A stretch of DNA of 63,310 bases, the filler included, from Octopus bimaculoides (Eukaryota), in NCBI RefSeq assembly GCF_001194135.2. It is 8 parts of 7 records of this genome, joined end to end, with 100 filler letters (N's around TTAATTAATTAA, not from the genome) between each part and the next. Parts side by side here need not be neighbours in the genome. Positions count along the whole stretch, not along the records: positions 19,789 to 30,801 come from NC_069005.1; positions 30,902 to 32,923 come from NW_026412187.1; positions 33,024 to 34,669 come from NC_068994.1; positions 34,770 to 56,493 come from NC_068989.1; 4 more parts are not named here. One strand, 5' to 3'. The position numbers and the translations under genes were made by a program. This document shows positions 24,672 through 35,399 of this stretch, in pieces (within the stretch, counting starts at the first letter, position 1; the number at the start of each line of letters is the position of its first letter). The notes under the pieces were generated by a model. The model was not told where the DNA came from, made no database searches, and saw nothing but the letters and a program-made list of their open reading frames with translations.

Positions 24672-25320
24672 AGCCCAGTCCTGGCTAAGAAGGAATATAT
24701 TCACAGACACGACAGAGCTGGGACCTATATACACTGGAAGCTATGCCAACACTATAGAATAACAACAGGAAAAAGATGGTATAAACACACGCCAGAAAAG
24801 GTCACAGAAAACGAGAAAGCAACCATACTCTGGGATATGCCAATACACACAGATAGAGAAATTAAGGCCAATAGACCAGATATAGTTGTCAAAGATCATG
24901 AAGAAAAAAAATGCTTTCTAATTGATGTATCAATACCAGCAGATGACAACGTTTCCCTAAAAGAAATGGAAAAACTTTCAAAATACAAAGACCTGGAAAT
25001 AGAGGTAACTCGAATGTGGAATCTAAAAACAGAAACAATTCCTATCATAGTAGGTGCCTTAGGTATAATAAAAAAATATTCAGACAAATACATAACAAAA
25101 ACACCAGGACTTACAAATATATATAACATACAGAAAATTGCGCTACTGGGCACTGCACACATCCTACGCAAAACACTTTCAATACAGTAACCATAAGAGC
25201 ATCACAGCAAACCACAGCACATACCCAAGGCACACAGAGCTGCACTCGGTAGTGAAGTGAAAGCACGTTATAAAAATAAAACTAGTGAACAATAATAATA
25301 ATAGAAATAATAATAATAAT
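24672..25320 (+). mobile_element. R4/Dong-type LINE 3' end, copy 2, intact RLE domain reading frame
   Basis: RHDRAG..HW, WDMPIHTDREIKANRPDIVVKD..CFLIDVSIP...EKLSKYKDL (PD-(D/E)xK-type nuclease); stop at 25188-90; (AAT)n tail. Confidence 0.95.
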
Positions 25321-25347
25321 AAAAGCCAGATATTTCATTTGTGAAAC

Positions 25348-25353
25348 TTTAAT
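25348..25353 (-). terminator. Candidate ATTAAA poly(A) signal for COPB2
   Basis: First poly(A)-type hexamer I found on the minus strand, about 1 kb downstream of the stop codon. Confidence 0.3.
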
Positions 25354-26339
25354 AGGATTTTCAATGTGATGGTAATAATAATAATAATATTAATAGTAAT
25401 AATGACAAAAAGATCACATCCACCACCACTACCCCCAATAATAATAATAATAATGATAGGTATTTGTTTTCAAACGACTTCTTCAAATTAGTCAAAATAA
25501 TTTGATAATTAGTATTTCCCCCAATCTTGCTAAATGAAGTGTGTGTGTGTAGGCATACATTCATATGTATATACACTCATACATATATAAATATACATAC
25601 ACACACACACACACACACAGGCATACAAATATATATATACACATACATACACTCACACATGTATGCATGTGAAAATGATGCTCCAGCATGGCCATATTTG
25701 TGACGGTTTAAGGAAGCACACACATATTTCCATACCTGTTAATGTATATACATATCCTCTCCATATGTATGTGTGCATGTGTATGTATATCTATCTATCT
25801 ATATATGTGTATATATGCATAATGACAAGTTTCTTCACTGTTATCAGATGCAAAGTCATCAAAACTGTAGCAGTTTTGCTCCAGCTAAACAGACCAAATT
25901 AATTATACTACAACAAAACAAAACAAAAAAAAAAAACAAAAAAACAAATCATCACCATGGCCACCACCACTGTAACCTATGCAGCCACTGCAGTCCTTAA
26001 AAGTTCAAAAAAGTGATCCATATTTAAATTTGGAGAAGAAATCATCTTCTGTCAGTCAAGAAAGACTTCTGGAATGATATACAACTGTAGAGTGAGTGAC
26101 ACAGCAGAAGTATGAGTAGAAGAGAGTGGGAGGAAGAGTGCTAGTAGAGAATATATGGATATGAGCTACAGTGTGTGTGTGGTGGTGGTGGTGGTGGTGA
26201 GCTGGAGTTCAGAGTTGCATGCTGAGGCAGATGTTTGTGGTTTGTGGTGATGTGGAGTGAGTAGTGGCAGTAAACTAGTCCAGAAATGTGTGCTTGTTTG
26301 AACATCGGAGTCCAGAGCTGTGGTTCTGTCATCTCGTCT

Positions 26340-26375
26340 CTAGTCTTCTAACAAATCATCATCTAAATTGACATC
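26340..26375 (-). CDS. COPB2: Coatomer subunit beta-prime, last coding exon (DVNLDDDLLED*)
   Basis: Strong acceptor ttttcttctcctctgtttccag|GAT, phase 0, TAG at 26342-40. The spliced peptide parallels the recalled vertebrate COPB2 C-terminus LELEVDLDNLELEDIDTTDINLDEDILDD. Confidence 0.85.
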   Translation of the reverse strand, partial: DVNLDDDLLED

Positions 26376-26517
26376 CTGGAAACAGAGGAGAAGAAAACAA
26401 AGATTTAAAATTCTGTGTGTGTGTGTGTGTGTGTATGTGTGTGTGTTGATTTTTCATTTACAAGACGAAAGCACTAAATTTTATAGCAGAGTGTAATAGT
26501 GAATATATTAAGTTGTC

Positions 26518-26563
<46 letters not shown>

Positions 26564-27776
26564 CATAAAATAATATTAGGGACAAAATCCAAAATTACAG
26601 GTAAAAACTCAATTAAAATCAATTTATAAAAAATTAAAATTAAATTGAGCTTTATAGATAAAATATATAGTTTTAGGGAAAATATCCAAGTTACAAGAAC
26701 TNNNNNNNNNNNNNNNNNNNNNNNNNNNNNNNNNNNNNNNNNNNNNNNNNNNNNNNNNNNNNNNNNNNNNNNNNNNNNNNNNNNNNNNNNNNNNNNNNNN
26801 NNNNNNNNNNNNNNNNNNNNNNNNNNNNNNNNNNNNNNNNNNNNNNNNNNNNNNNNNNNNNNNNNNNNNNNNNNNNNNNNNNNNNNNNNNNNNNNNNNNN
26901 NNNNNNNNNNNNNNNNNNNNNNNNNNNNNNNNNNNNNNNNNNNNNNNNNNNNNNNNNNNNNNNNNNNNNNNNNNNNNNNNNNNNNNNNNNNNNNNNNNNN
27001 NNNNNNNNNNNNNNNNNNNNNNNNNNNNNNNNNNNNNNNNNNNNNNNNNNNNNNNNNNNNNNNNNNNNNNNNNNNNNNNNNNNNNNNNNNNNNNNNNNNN
27101 NNNNNNNNNNNNNNNNNNNNNNNNNNNNNNNNNNNNNNNNNNNNNNNNNNNNNNNNNNNNNNNNNNNNNNNNNNNNNNNNNNNNNNNNNNNNNNNNNNNN
27201 NNNNNNNNNNNNNNNNNNNNNNNNNNNNNNNNNNNNNNNNNNNNNNNNNNNNNNNNNNNNNNNNNNNNNNNNNNNNNNNNNNNNNNNNNNNNNNNNNNNN
27301 NNNNNNNNNNNNNNNNNNNNNNNNNNNNNNNNNNNNNNNNNNNNNNNNNNNNNNNNNNNNNNNNNNNNNNNNNNNNNNNNNNNNNNNNNNNNNNNNNNNN
27401 NNNNNNNNNNNNNNNNNNNNNNNNNNNNNNNNNNNNNNNNNNNNNNNNNNNNNNNNNNNNNNNNNNNNNNNNNNNNNNNNNNNNNNNNNNNNNNNNNNNN
27501 NNNNNNNNNNNNNNNNNNNNNNNNNNNNNNNNNNNNNNNNNNNNNNNNNNNNNNNNNNNNNNNNNNNNNNNNNNNNNNNNNNNNNNNNNNNNNNNNNNNN
27601 NNNNNNNNNNNNNNNNNNNNNNNNNNNNNNNNNNNNNNNNNNNNNNNNNNNNNNNNNNNNNNNNNNNNNNCTGGCTTGCCAGTCCTCAGTCAAATCGTCC
27701 AACCCATGCTAGCATGGAAAGCGGACGTTAAACGATGATGATGATGATGATGATGATGATGATAAACAAAACTTAC

Positions 27777-27938
27777 CGAAGTATCAACATTATCAAGGTT
27801 CAAGTTCTCTAAATCCAATTCCAATTCTTTTTCTAGGTCTGACACAGCTTGTTTTGACAATATTGAGTCTACAGATATTTCTGTTGATGCTGCTTCACTT
27901 TCAGTATGATGGGCGATGTTGTCTTTATCATGGAGCTC
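27777..27938 (-). CDS. COPB2: Coatomer subunit beta-prime, penultimate coding exon (ELHDKD...DLEKELELDLENLNLDNVDTS)
   Basis: 162 nt open frame, first AG after a long pyrimidine tract, TCG|GTAAGT donor, phase 0 matches the last exon. Confidence 0.85.
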
Positions 27939-28099
27939 CTATACATCAGCCACAGACAGATGGAGTGTGTGACACAGAGATGAAGAGATAGGGGGAAAAA
28001 AAAAAAAGTCATTTATAAAAACACATCATAGAAAGAACATTTCATCAACATTATGTTTACACAATCTAACTCCCTTTTGTATGATGGGCTTCTTTCAAT

Positions 28100-28330
28100 T
28101 TCCTATTTCTTTATTGCCCACAAGGGGCTAAACATAGAGGGGACAAACAAGGACAGACAAAGGGATCAAGTCGATTACATCGACCCCAGTACGTAACTGG
28201 TATTTAATTTATTGACCCCGAAAGGATGAAAGGTAAAGTCGACCTCGGCAGAATTTGAACTCAGAACTCAGACAAAATACCGCTAAGCATTTCGCCCGGC
28301 GTGCTTAACCTTTCTGCTAGCTCACCCCCT
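28100..28330 (-). mobile_element. SINE family B
   Basis: TTTCTTTATTGCCCACAAGGGGCTAAAC...GACCCCGAAAGGATGAAAGG blocks. Confidence 0.9.
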
Positions 28331-28781
28331 TCTTTCAATTTCTGTCTACCAAATCCACTCACCCAAGTTGCTATAGAATGGGATTGAACCTGGGATCATG
28401 TAGTTGGGAAGCAAGCTTCTTACCACAGCCATATCTACGTCTATATAGAAAAGGAAGGGTAACATCCAACACCAGGCCTATGGCTTGTCACAAGTTCCCC
28501 TCTGTTTGGTTATTTAAGCAGGCCTGTCACGACTTCACCATATTACTCATTTTTGCGACATGAGCAAACTAGAGCAATGTGAAATGAAGTGATTTGCACA
28601 AGAATGCAATGCAGTTCCAGATCCCGGAATTGAAACCACAATCTTATGGTCATGAGAGCAACACCCTAACCGCTAAGCTACACATCGCCATAACAACTGA
28701 TCTGTTTGTACACATTTTTAATGGACTTTGCATTAAATGTTAGCACTAACTCACAACACGTGTTTATCTATCCATATAGGT

Positions 28782-29160
28782 GCAGGCATGGCTGGTGTAG
28801 TAAGAAGTTTGCTTCCCAATCACATGGTTCCAGGTTCAGTCCCACTGCGTAGCACCTTGAGCAAGTGTCTTCTATTACAGCCTCAAGCTGACCAAAGGCT
28901 TGTGAGTGGACTTGATAGTAGGAAAGTGAAAGAAGCCCACCATATATGTGTGTGTGTGTGTGTGTACTCCAGAACTGCTTGACAACTGGTGTTAACATCC
29001 TTGTAACTTAGCAGTTCGGCAAAAGAGACCGATAAAATAAGTATCAGGCTTTACAAAAAAAATAAAAAGTACTGGGAACGATTCATTCAACTAAAACTTT
29101 TTCAAGGCAATGCCCCAGCAGGGCCACAGTCTAATGACTGAAACGAGTACAAGACAGAAG
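28782..29160 (+). mobile_element. SINE family A, full length
   Basis: Same head, core and tail as 1001-1400. Confidence 0.9.
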
Positions 29161-29412
29161 ATCTCACTACGTAATCACTTCTAATTAAGCTATTTCAAAC
29201 TTCATGCATTAAATATGTTAACGGTAACGAAATCATTAACTTGATGCTTAAAATTCGACACAAAAACACACGTAGACACCTTCAGTGTCCGTAGAATATT
29301 AGTCAGAAGTGAAGGTTTCAAATAAGAATTCTGTGCAAAAAGTTAAGACAAATGAAAAATGTGAAAAACAGTAGCATTTCAAGAGGATGGGGGTGTTAAA
29401 TATCCCTTATAC

Positions 29413-29580
29413 CAGTGGTTCTCAACCTTTTTTTTTTTTTTATCTATGGACCCCTTTGTCTTACTTTGGTGGACCTTCATAGCCCCTCGATGCTTAAAAA
29501 CTAGTTCTATAGATACCTCCTTCAAAACCCCTATTTTTGTTTGTAACACATTAACTTGTGTAGGGTGAACTATGTAACAT
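29413..29580 (+). mobile_element. hAT (Buster-type) non-autonomous 5' end
   Basis: CAGTGGTTCTCAACCTTTTT TIR preceded by the TA-centred 8-mer CCTTATAC. Confidence 0.7.
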
Positions 29581-29660
29581 CATCATCGATTAACGTGGTC
29601 AGACCGTATGTGGTCTTCTTCTAACAAAAGGGATGTCCACTTAGTGGTCATCCCTTTTTT

Positions 29661-29810
29661 TTTTATTTAGTATTTTTTCATTTGTCTTGCCCTTTTACAG
29701 TCTGTTGTGTCGCTAATTTTTTTTACTGAGAACATATTTTTTCGTGGTTAGATGATTCGGCATCTATTTCTAGCATATAAGAGTCCACTTTTGCTGGTCA
29801 TTCCTCTTAT
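29661..29810 (+). repeat. Unclassified 150-bp dispersed repeat, second copy at 60977-61123
   Basis: Near-identical direct copies read by eye. Confidence 0.9.
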
Positions 29811-30530
29811 TTTTCTATGTAATATATATATATATATATCTCTACACATGCACACACATATGCACAAATGACTATGTTTCTATCTATCTATATGTATATG
29901 TGTGTGTGTGCCTGCACATGCACACATATGTACACACACACAGATACACATACATATACGCGTATGCATTAATTAAGAAAAGAAAGAGAGAAAGCAACAG
30001 TGACCATCACCAACCACCATTTCTGGACATTGAACTGAAAGCCGTTATTATGGTTTTAAATGCAGTCGGTGTGACAAGAAGATGAAGAGGATAAAGCTGG
30101 CAGTAATAGAAGGGTTAGTGCAATGGAGTTAGGGTATGGCTGCTGTTTAGTAGTGGCTTCACACGTGTATGAGGTGCGGGTTAGACGGTGGGGCTGCTTA
30201 CTGTGATTGGCATAGAGGAGATGGCGGTGAGGAGAGAGGTAGGAATAGAAAACGGTGCTGCTTAAAGACTTCACATGCACGCACAAACACACACACACTG
30301 GGGTGGTCACGTGAGAGGGTTGTTTGGGTCTAGTTGAGTAAATATCCTACTCCAACATGTGGCAAAGGGAATAAGATAACCATGTAGATTTTACTGAGAG
30401 TGCTACCAGACCATGTAATCATCAACATCATGATGCTTAGCTGTTATTACTGTTTAGCCCTAGGTCAATACACATCACCATCATCATCATCATTTCACAT
30501 CTGTTTTACATGCTAGTAGGGTTAAGATGT

Positions 30531-30801
30531 GGAGGCGCATTGGCCCAGTGGTTAGGGCAGTGGACTCGTGGTCATAGGATCGCGGTTTCGATTCCCAGAC
30601 CGGGCGTTGTGAGTGTTTATTGAGCGAAAACACCTAAAGCTCCACGAGGCTCCGGCAGGGGATGGGTGGCAAACCCTGCTGTACTCTTTCACCACAACTT
30701 TCTCTCACTCTTACTTCCTGTTTCTGTTGTGCTAGTAATTCGAAGGGACAGCCTTGTCACACTGTGTCACGCTGAATATCCCCGAGAACTACGTTAAGGG
30801 T
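30531..30801 (+). mobile_element. tRNA-derived SINE family D, truncated by a gap
   Basis: A box TGGCCCAGTGGTTAGG, B box GGTTTCGATTCC, body ending GAGAACTACGTTAAGGG. Confidence 0.8.
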
Positions 30802-30904
30802 NNNNNNNNNNNNNNNNNNNNNNNNNNNNNNNNNNNNNNNNNNNNTTAATTAATTAANNNNNNNNNNNNNNNNNNNNNNNNNNNNNNNNNNNNNNNNNNN
30901 NAAA

Positions 30905-31113
30905 TACAAGAAGAAGCAATTCTGTTAGGCTAGTTAGCCGTTGTTTTATTATGTTGAGATTATGTAATGAGTCATTGTGGAGGTTGAGGTTATGTATTAC
31001 ATAACATTCACAATGACTCACTACATAACCTCAACCTCCAAAATGACTCATTACATAACCTCCACATAATAAAACAACGGCTAACTAGCCCAACAGAATT
31101 GCTTCTTCTTGTA
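30905..31113. repeat. About 210-bp palindrome (fold-back/MITE-like) with internal tandem units
   Basis: TACAAGAAGAAGCAATTCTGTT.GGCTAGTTAGCCGTTGTTTTATTATGT at the left end is mirrored at the right end. Confidence 0.92.
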
Positions 31114-31185
31114 ATTGTTGCTCCATTCTCCACACACACATATATATATATGTGTGTGTTAAAGTCTGTTAAAGTCTGTCATACC

Positions 31186-31230
31186 GGCCATGATGAAGGG
31201 AAGGGAAATAGCCCTGAAACTCGAGTCGCC
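31186..31230 (+). ncRNA. Minimal type I hammerhead-like motif (variant core), sister of 127-166
   Basis: GGC-CAUGAUGA-AGGG(AAGGGAAAUAG)CCCU-GAA-ACUCGAGU-C-GCC. Confidence 0.5.
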
Positions 31231-32339
31231 TTTATATATATATATTTATATTTATATATTTATATATTTGATCCTTTATATTGAACACTCAATATTTCAT
31301 CTACATTCAATACTTTCTTTCATGGTGCCATCCATTTTGATTTTATTTTATTTTATATTGTATATTGTATATCATATTATATATTGTATATTCCATATTC
31401 TATACCCCACATTAGTTCTGCAGGAATATAAATAAAACATAAAAAACAGACAGTGTTGGAACTCTTTTAAGCAAAATAATATATTCCTCTATACACAATC
31501 ATACAAAAAAACCCNNNNNNNNNNNNNNNNNNNNNNNNNNNNNNNNNNNNNNNNNNNNNNNNNNNNNNNNNNNNNNNNNNNNNNNNNNNNNNNNNNNNNN
31601 NNNNNNNNNNNNNNNNNNNNNNNNNNNNNNNNNNNNNNNNNNNNNNNNNNNNNNNNNNNNNNNNNNNNNNNNNNNNNNNNNNNNNNNNNNNNNNNNNNNN
31701 NNNNNNNNNNNNNNNNNNNNNNNNNNNNNNNNNNNNNNNNNNNNNNNNNNNNNNNNNNNNNNNNNNNNNNNNNNNNNNNNNNNNNNNNNNNNNNNNNNNN
31801 NNNNNNNNNNNNNNNNNNNNNNNNNNNNNNNNNNNNNNNNNNNNNNNNNNNNNNNNNNNNNNNNNNNNNNNNNNNNNNNNNNNNNNNNNNNNNNNNNNNN
31901 NNNNNNNNNNNNNNNNNNNNNNNNNNNNNNNNNNNNNNNNNNNNNNNNNNNNNNNNNNNNNNNNNNNNNNNNNNNNNNNNNNNNNNNNNNNNNNNNNNNN
32001 NNNNNNNNNNNNNNNNNNNNNNNNNNNNNNNNNNNNNNNNNNNNNNNNNNNNNNNNNNNNNNNNNNNNNNNNNNNNNNNNNNNNNNNNNNNNNNNNNNNN
32101 NNNNNNNNNNNNNNNNNNNNNNNNNNNNNNNNNNNNNNNNNNNNNNNNNNNNNNNNNNNNNNNNNNNNNNNNNNNNNNNNNNNNNNNNNNNNNNNNNNNN
32201 NNNNNNNNNNNTATATATATATATATATATATATTATTTATATTTTTATATGATTGAACTCCACACAGCTTCTTCCAAGTAAGTTTTATCTTAATAATTC
32301 TGATGCGCACTCTAAACAATTGTTTACTCTTCGTTTTTC

Positions 32340-32900
32340 TCTCTCATATTTGTTCCTCTTCTTCCACTATTCTATCCTATTACTCTGTCACACTCTCTCT
32401 CCCTCACTCCTCCCCCTTGCTCACCTGGCTCCCCCGTGACCATCGGCCATCTTTCTATGTTTCTCTCCGTTGTAACTGGAAGAAGGAAGACGTGTTCTTG
32501 TTTGTCTCCTGTCCTATCTTGATTTACGCGTTCGCCACCACGGCCTCGTTTAGGCTTAACAGCCCTTCCTGTTTGTTTTCACTGTCCTGTTGGTGTTATC
32601 TATTTTGACCCTCTACAAAATCGCAAATTTTATTTAATTTGATTTGTGGGTGCAACTGTTTTATCGAAAGCGTATATTATTGTTAAATGCTCTAAATACG
32701 AGGCTCGAAAAACAGCCAACCACTGATGAAGGCTCGTTCTTTATGTTTGTTTTGTTTTCCATTTGTGTGTTTCATTCTTCGAAAGAATAGTTCATGTTCC
32801 AAGTACTCGTGCTTCGTACTTTTTTGTTGTACACGCTTCATGAAGTACTGTGCCCACATATGCATATATACGTATATATCTAAATATGTACACATACGTA
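32340..32900 (+). mobile_element. Probable Penelope-like non-coding terminal region, copy 1 (copy 2 at 35400-35880)
   Basis: Shares GACCATCGG.CATCTTTCT, CCTCGTTTA.GCTTA.CAGCCCTTCCTG and AAAACAGCC.AC.ACTGATGAAGG blocks with 35400-35840. The family call is an inference. Confidence 0.5.
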
Positions 32901-33024
32901 TGTATATATGCATATGTATATATNNNNNNNNNNNNNNNNNNNNNNNNNNNNNNNNNNNNNNNNNNNNTTAATTAATTAANNNNNNNNNNNNNNNNNNNNN
33001 NNNNNNNNNNNNNNNNNNNNNNNC

Positions 33025-33360
33025 CTACCAAGTGATAACACAATAGATGCCACATTGTTGATTATCATTGTAGTAGCAGCTGTGATAGTATCTATAGCTA
33101 TTGTGGTTTCTATAACACTGTGTATTGTGAGATGTAACAATGTGAGAAATAGCTCATCTGAAAGAACAGCAGAAGAGAAACAGGCATACCAATGTCGCAA
33201 TGAGATGAGACAGTTGATCTATCAAGGTAACAACAGTGTACCTGTGATGTCAGGTAATCGAGGAGAGACATCAGACAGATATGGTCATTCGAGGAGCCAT
33301 TACTATCCAGAAGACTGGAAGACATCAACAATGAGCAGAAGTTTACCAAAAAGTATGAAG
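33025..33360 (+). CDS. Single-pass type I membrane protein: exon with TM helix and juxtamembrane tail (5' end lost in gap)
   Basis: 25-residue hydrophobic run LLIIIVVAAVIVSIAIVVSITLCIV followed by RC; open for 112 codons; AAG|GTATGT donor, phase 0. Confidence 0.85.
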
Positions 33361-33600
33361 GTATGTTTTAAGATTCTCTTTTGATAATCTTATAATTATT
33401 TACTGAATAATGATATTAAACGTTATTTTTAAACTTAGTCTGTAACTTGTTAGTTTGTTTCTTTCTTCATATTTATTTCAATTCAGTAACGTGAATAGTG
33501 ATTTTTATTATTGAATGCTTAGATTTTATAAAATCTTTAATGTAATATATTTTGTTAAAATTACAATAATTGATGGAACAATTTTTTTCTGTAACAGCAG

Positions 33601-33751
33601 AAATACAGTCAACCAATAGAGGTGACATCTTATGGAGACAACAGACCATCTTCTAGCTATCCCACTGATACATTGACCAGTCGTAAGAGCAGTGGACAGT
33701 GCTGGAGTGAGCGGTCAAGTAGACAGTATGAAGAAATACCAGCAATATCAG
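33601..33751 (+). CDS. Same membrane protein, cytoplasmic exon (KYSQPIEV...SRQYEEIPAIS)
   Basis: Tandem CAGCAG acceptor, 151 nt open in phase 0, CAG|GTAAAA donor, phase 1. Confidence 0.85.
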
Positions 33752-34046
33752 GTAAAACACTTTGATTTCTCTATCTTAATTGGTATGTTTGTCATTTCCC
33801 CCAATGATATCTTTTGGAGTGAGCTCGAAATGAACACTATGATAATTTTATTTATTAGTTTAATTGTCATTTGATGTACTGAAGATTGTACAGATCTGTT
33901 TGTATAGTGAAGTATTAATTTCTTTATAATAGTTGTTTTCTAGATTATTGCATAGAAGAGAAGAGAATATTGACCAAATTCTGTCAGTAAATACTTATTG
34001 TCTTTGTGTACCATATAAGTTCAGTTGATGTACATATATGTTTCAG

Positions 34047-34165
34047 GAATCTATGGTGCCCCACCTGATGTATCAAGCACCATTGAGAGAGACCATTACC
34101 AAGACAGATATGTGAAACCTCCAGAGAGACAGTTACCTTCAACACCAGATGTTGTTGTCAGTTAA
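34047..34165 (+). CDS. Same membrane protein, terminal exon (GIYGAPP...RQLPSTPDVVVS*)
   Basis: TTTCAG acceptor; phase 1 splice restores the frame; TAA at 34163-65. Confidence 0.85.
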
Positions 34166-34461
34166 GTGAGATTGAGAAGCTAACACAACAGAAATAATAT
34201 CACCTTCAACATTCACACAATATTTAAAACAACAGAAATATATTAGTTAGTTAACAATATTGCCAACATATGACTGAATATCTTTGTATGTGTTTCAGAC
34301 AAAGTATTTGAAAAATGTGTACACCTGGGGTAGGTTTCTGCAGATAAAACTGATATAACATCAATTGTTCTGTTTAATCAATTTACAACACTCTATTGTT
34401 AGGTAAACCAAAGGTAAATGCAATATTGTAAGAAATCATTGATATATATTCCTTGCAGTAA

Positions 34462-34467
34462 AATAAA
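34462..34467 (+). terminator. AATAAA poly(A) signal of the membrane-protein gene (second at 34497-34502)
   Basis: Canonical hexamers about 300 nt after the stop codon. Confidence 0.6.
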
Positions 34468-34789
34468 GTTTGACATTAAAAAAAATTGTATCAAGCAATA
34501 AATATCAACAACTTTAAGATATAAAATGCTTCTATTGTATTTTAAATATATATATAGTTTACATGGCAGCCTTAAATTTGCTAAATAGGAGATTTAGTTT
34601 AGAATTAGGTCAGACACACACTGTTATTGTCAATATTGTATTTACATTTTAAATTACACACACATTAATNNNNNNNNNNNNNNNNNNNNNNNNNNNNNNN
34701 NNNNNNNNNNNNNTTAATTAATTAANNNNNNNNNNNNNNNNNNNNNNNNNNNNNNNNNNNNNNNNNNNNAAATAAAAGAAATTTTATTT

Positions 34790-35052
34790 AACAAATTGTG
34801 ACACTAAGGACCGAGGTTACCGTGGTCTTTTCCGTAGGTTTTTCTTTCCACGGATAACCTCCCCATTTATTGGGAAATTTTTGTAATATTTTCATTTTTT
34901 TTGTACATACCCCAAACGTTTTCTCGATGCCTTTTCATCGTTATCTCCATTTTAATTTTTTTACTTTATTTTCGTCCCCATCGAAAAGAAAAACTCTACA
35001 TTTGTATTTTGTCCCCTCTATGTTGAGCCCTGTGTGGCTAATAAAAGAAATG

Positions 35053-35115
<63 letters not shown>

Positions 35116-35130
35116 TTATCTATCTATCTA
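34790..35130 (+). mobile_element. Probable non-LTR retroelement 3' end with AATAAA and (TATC)n tail
   Basis: GAGCCCTGTGTGGCTAATAAAAGAAATG runs directly into a long (TATC)n array. Family not identified. Confidence 0.4.
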
Positions 35131-35399
35131 TATACACACACGCACATGTATATACATACATATGTCATGTCGCTGTTGAGTGCTACTGGTATCAAGTAAT
35201 CCAGTAAACCTGTAGCATGGTCGGATAGTCGGCGGCTAAACTGGCAACCCCACCAGGCTTGCTTGGTGAGGAGGGTGATTGTTGGACACCCTGCAGGATG
35301 AAGTCTAAAACCTGTCAAAGGACGGAGGAACTCATGAGCAGTCAACGGTCATCCAACAAATATGTGTAAACATGAATCATTTTTTATGTGCCCATATAT

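Noticed and set aside
26458-27712. Long ORFs in the track consisting mostly of X (also at 31.5, 38.4, 39.9, 42.7, 44.2 and 50.3 kb)
   Set aside because: They span N-gaps, which contain no stop codons.
32705-32740. CTGATGAAGG in the 32.7 and 35.7 kb repeats as hammerheads
   Set aside because: No closing stem II plus GAAA downstream in either copy.
35195-35350. RTE-5'UTR-like segment as an HDV-like ribozyme
   Set aside because: I could not fit the nested double pseudoknot by eye.
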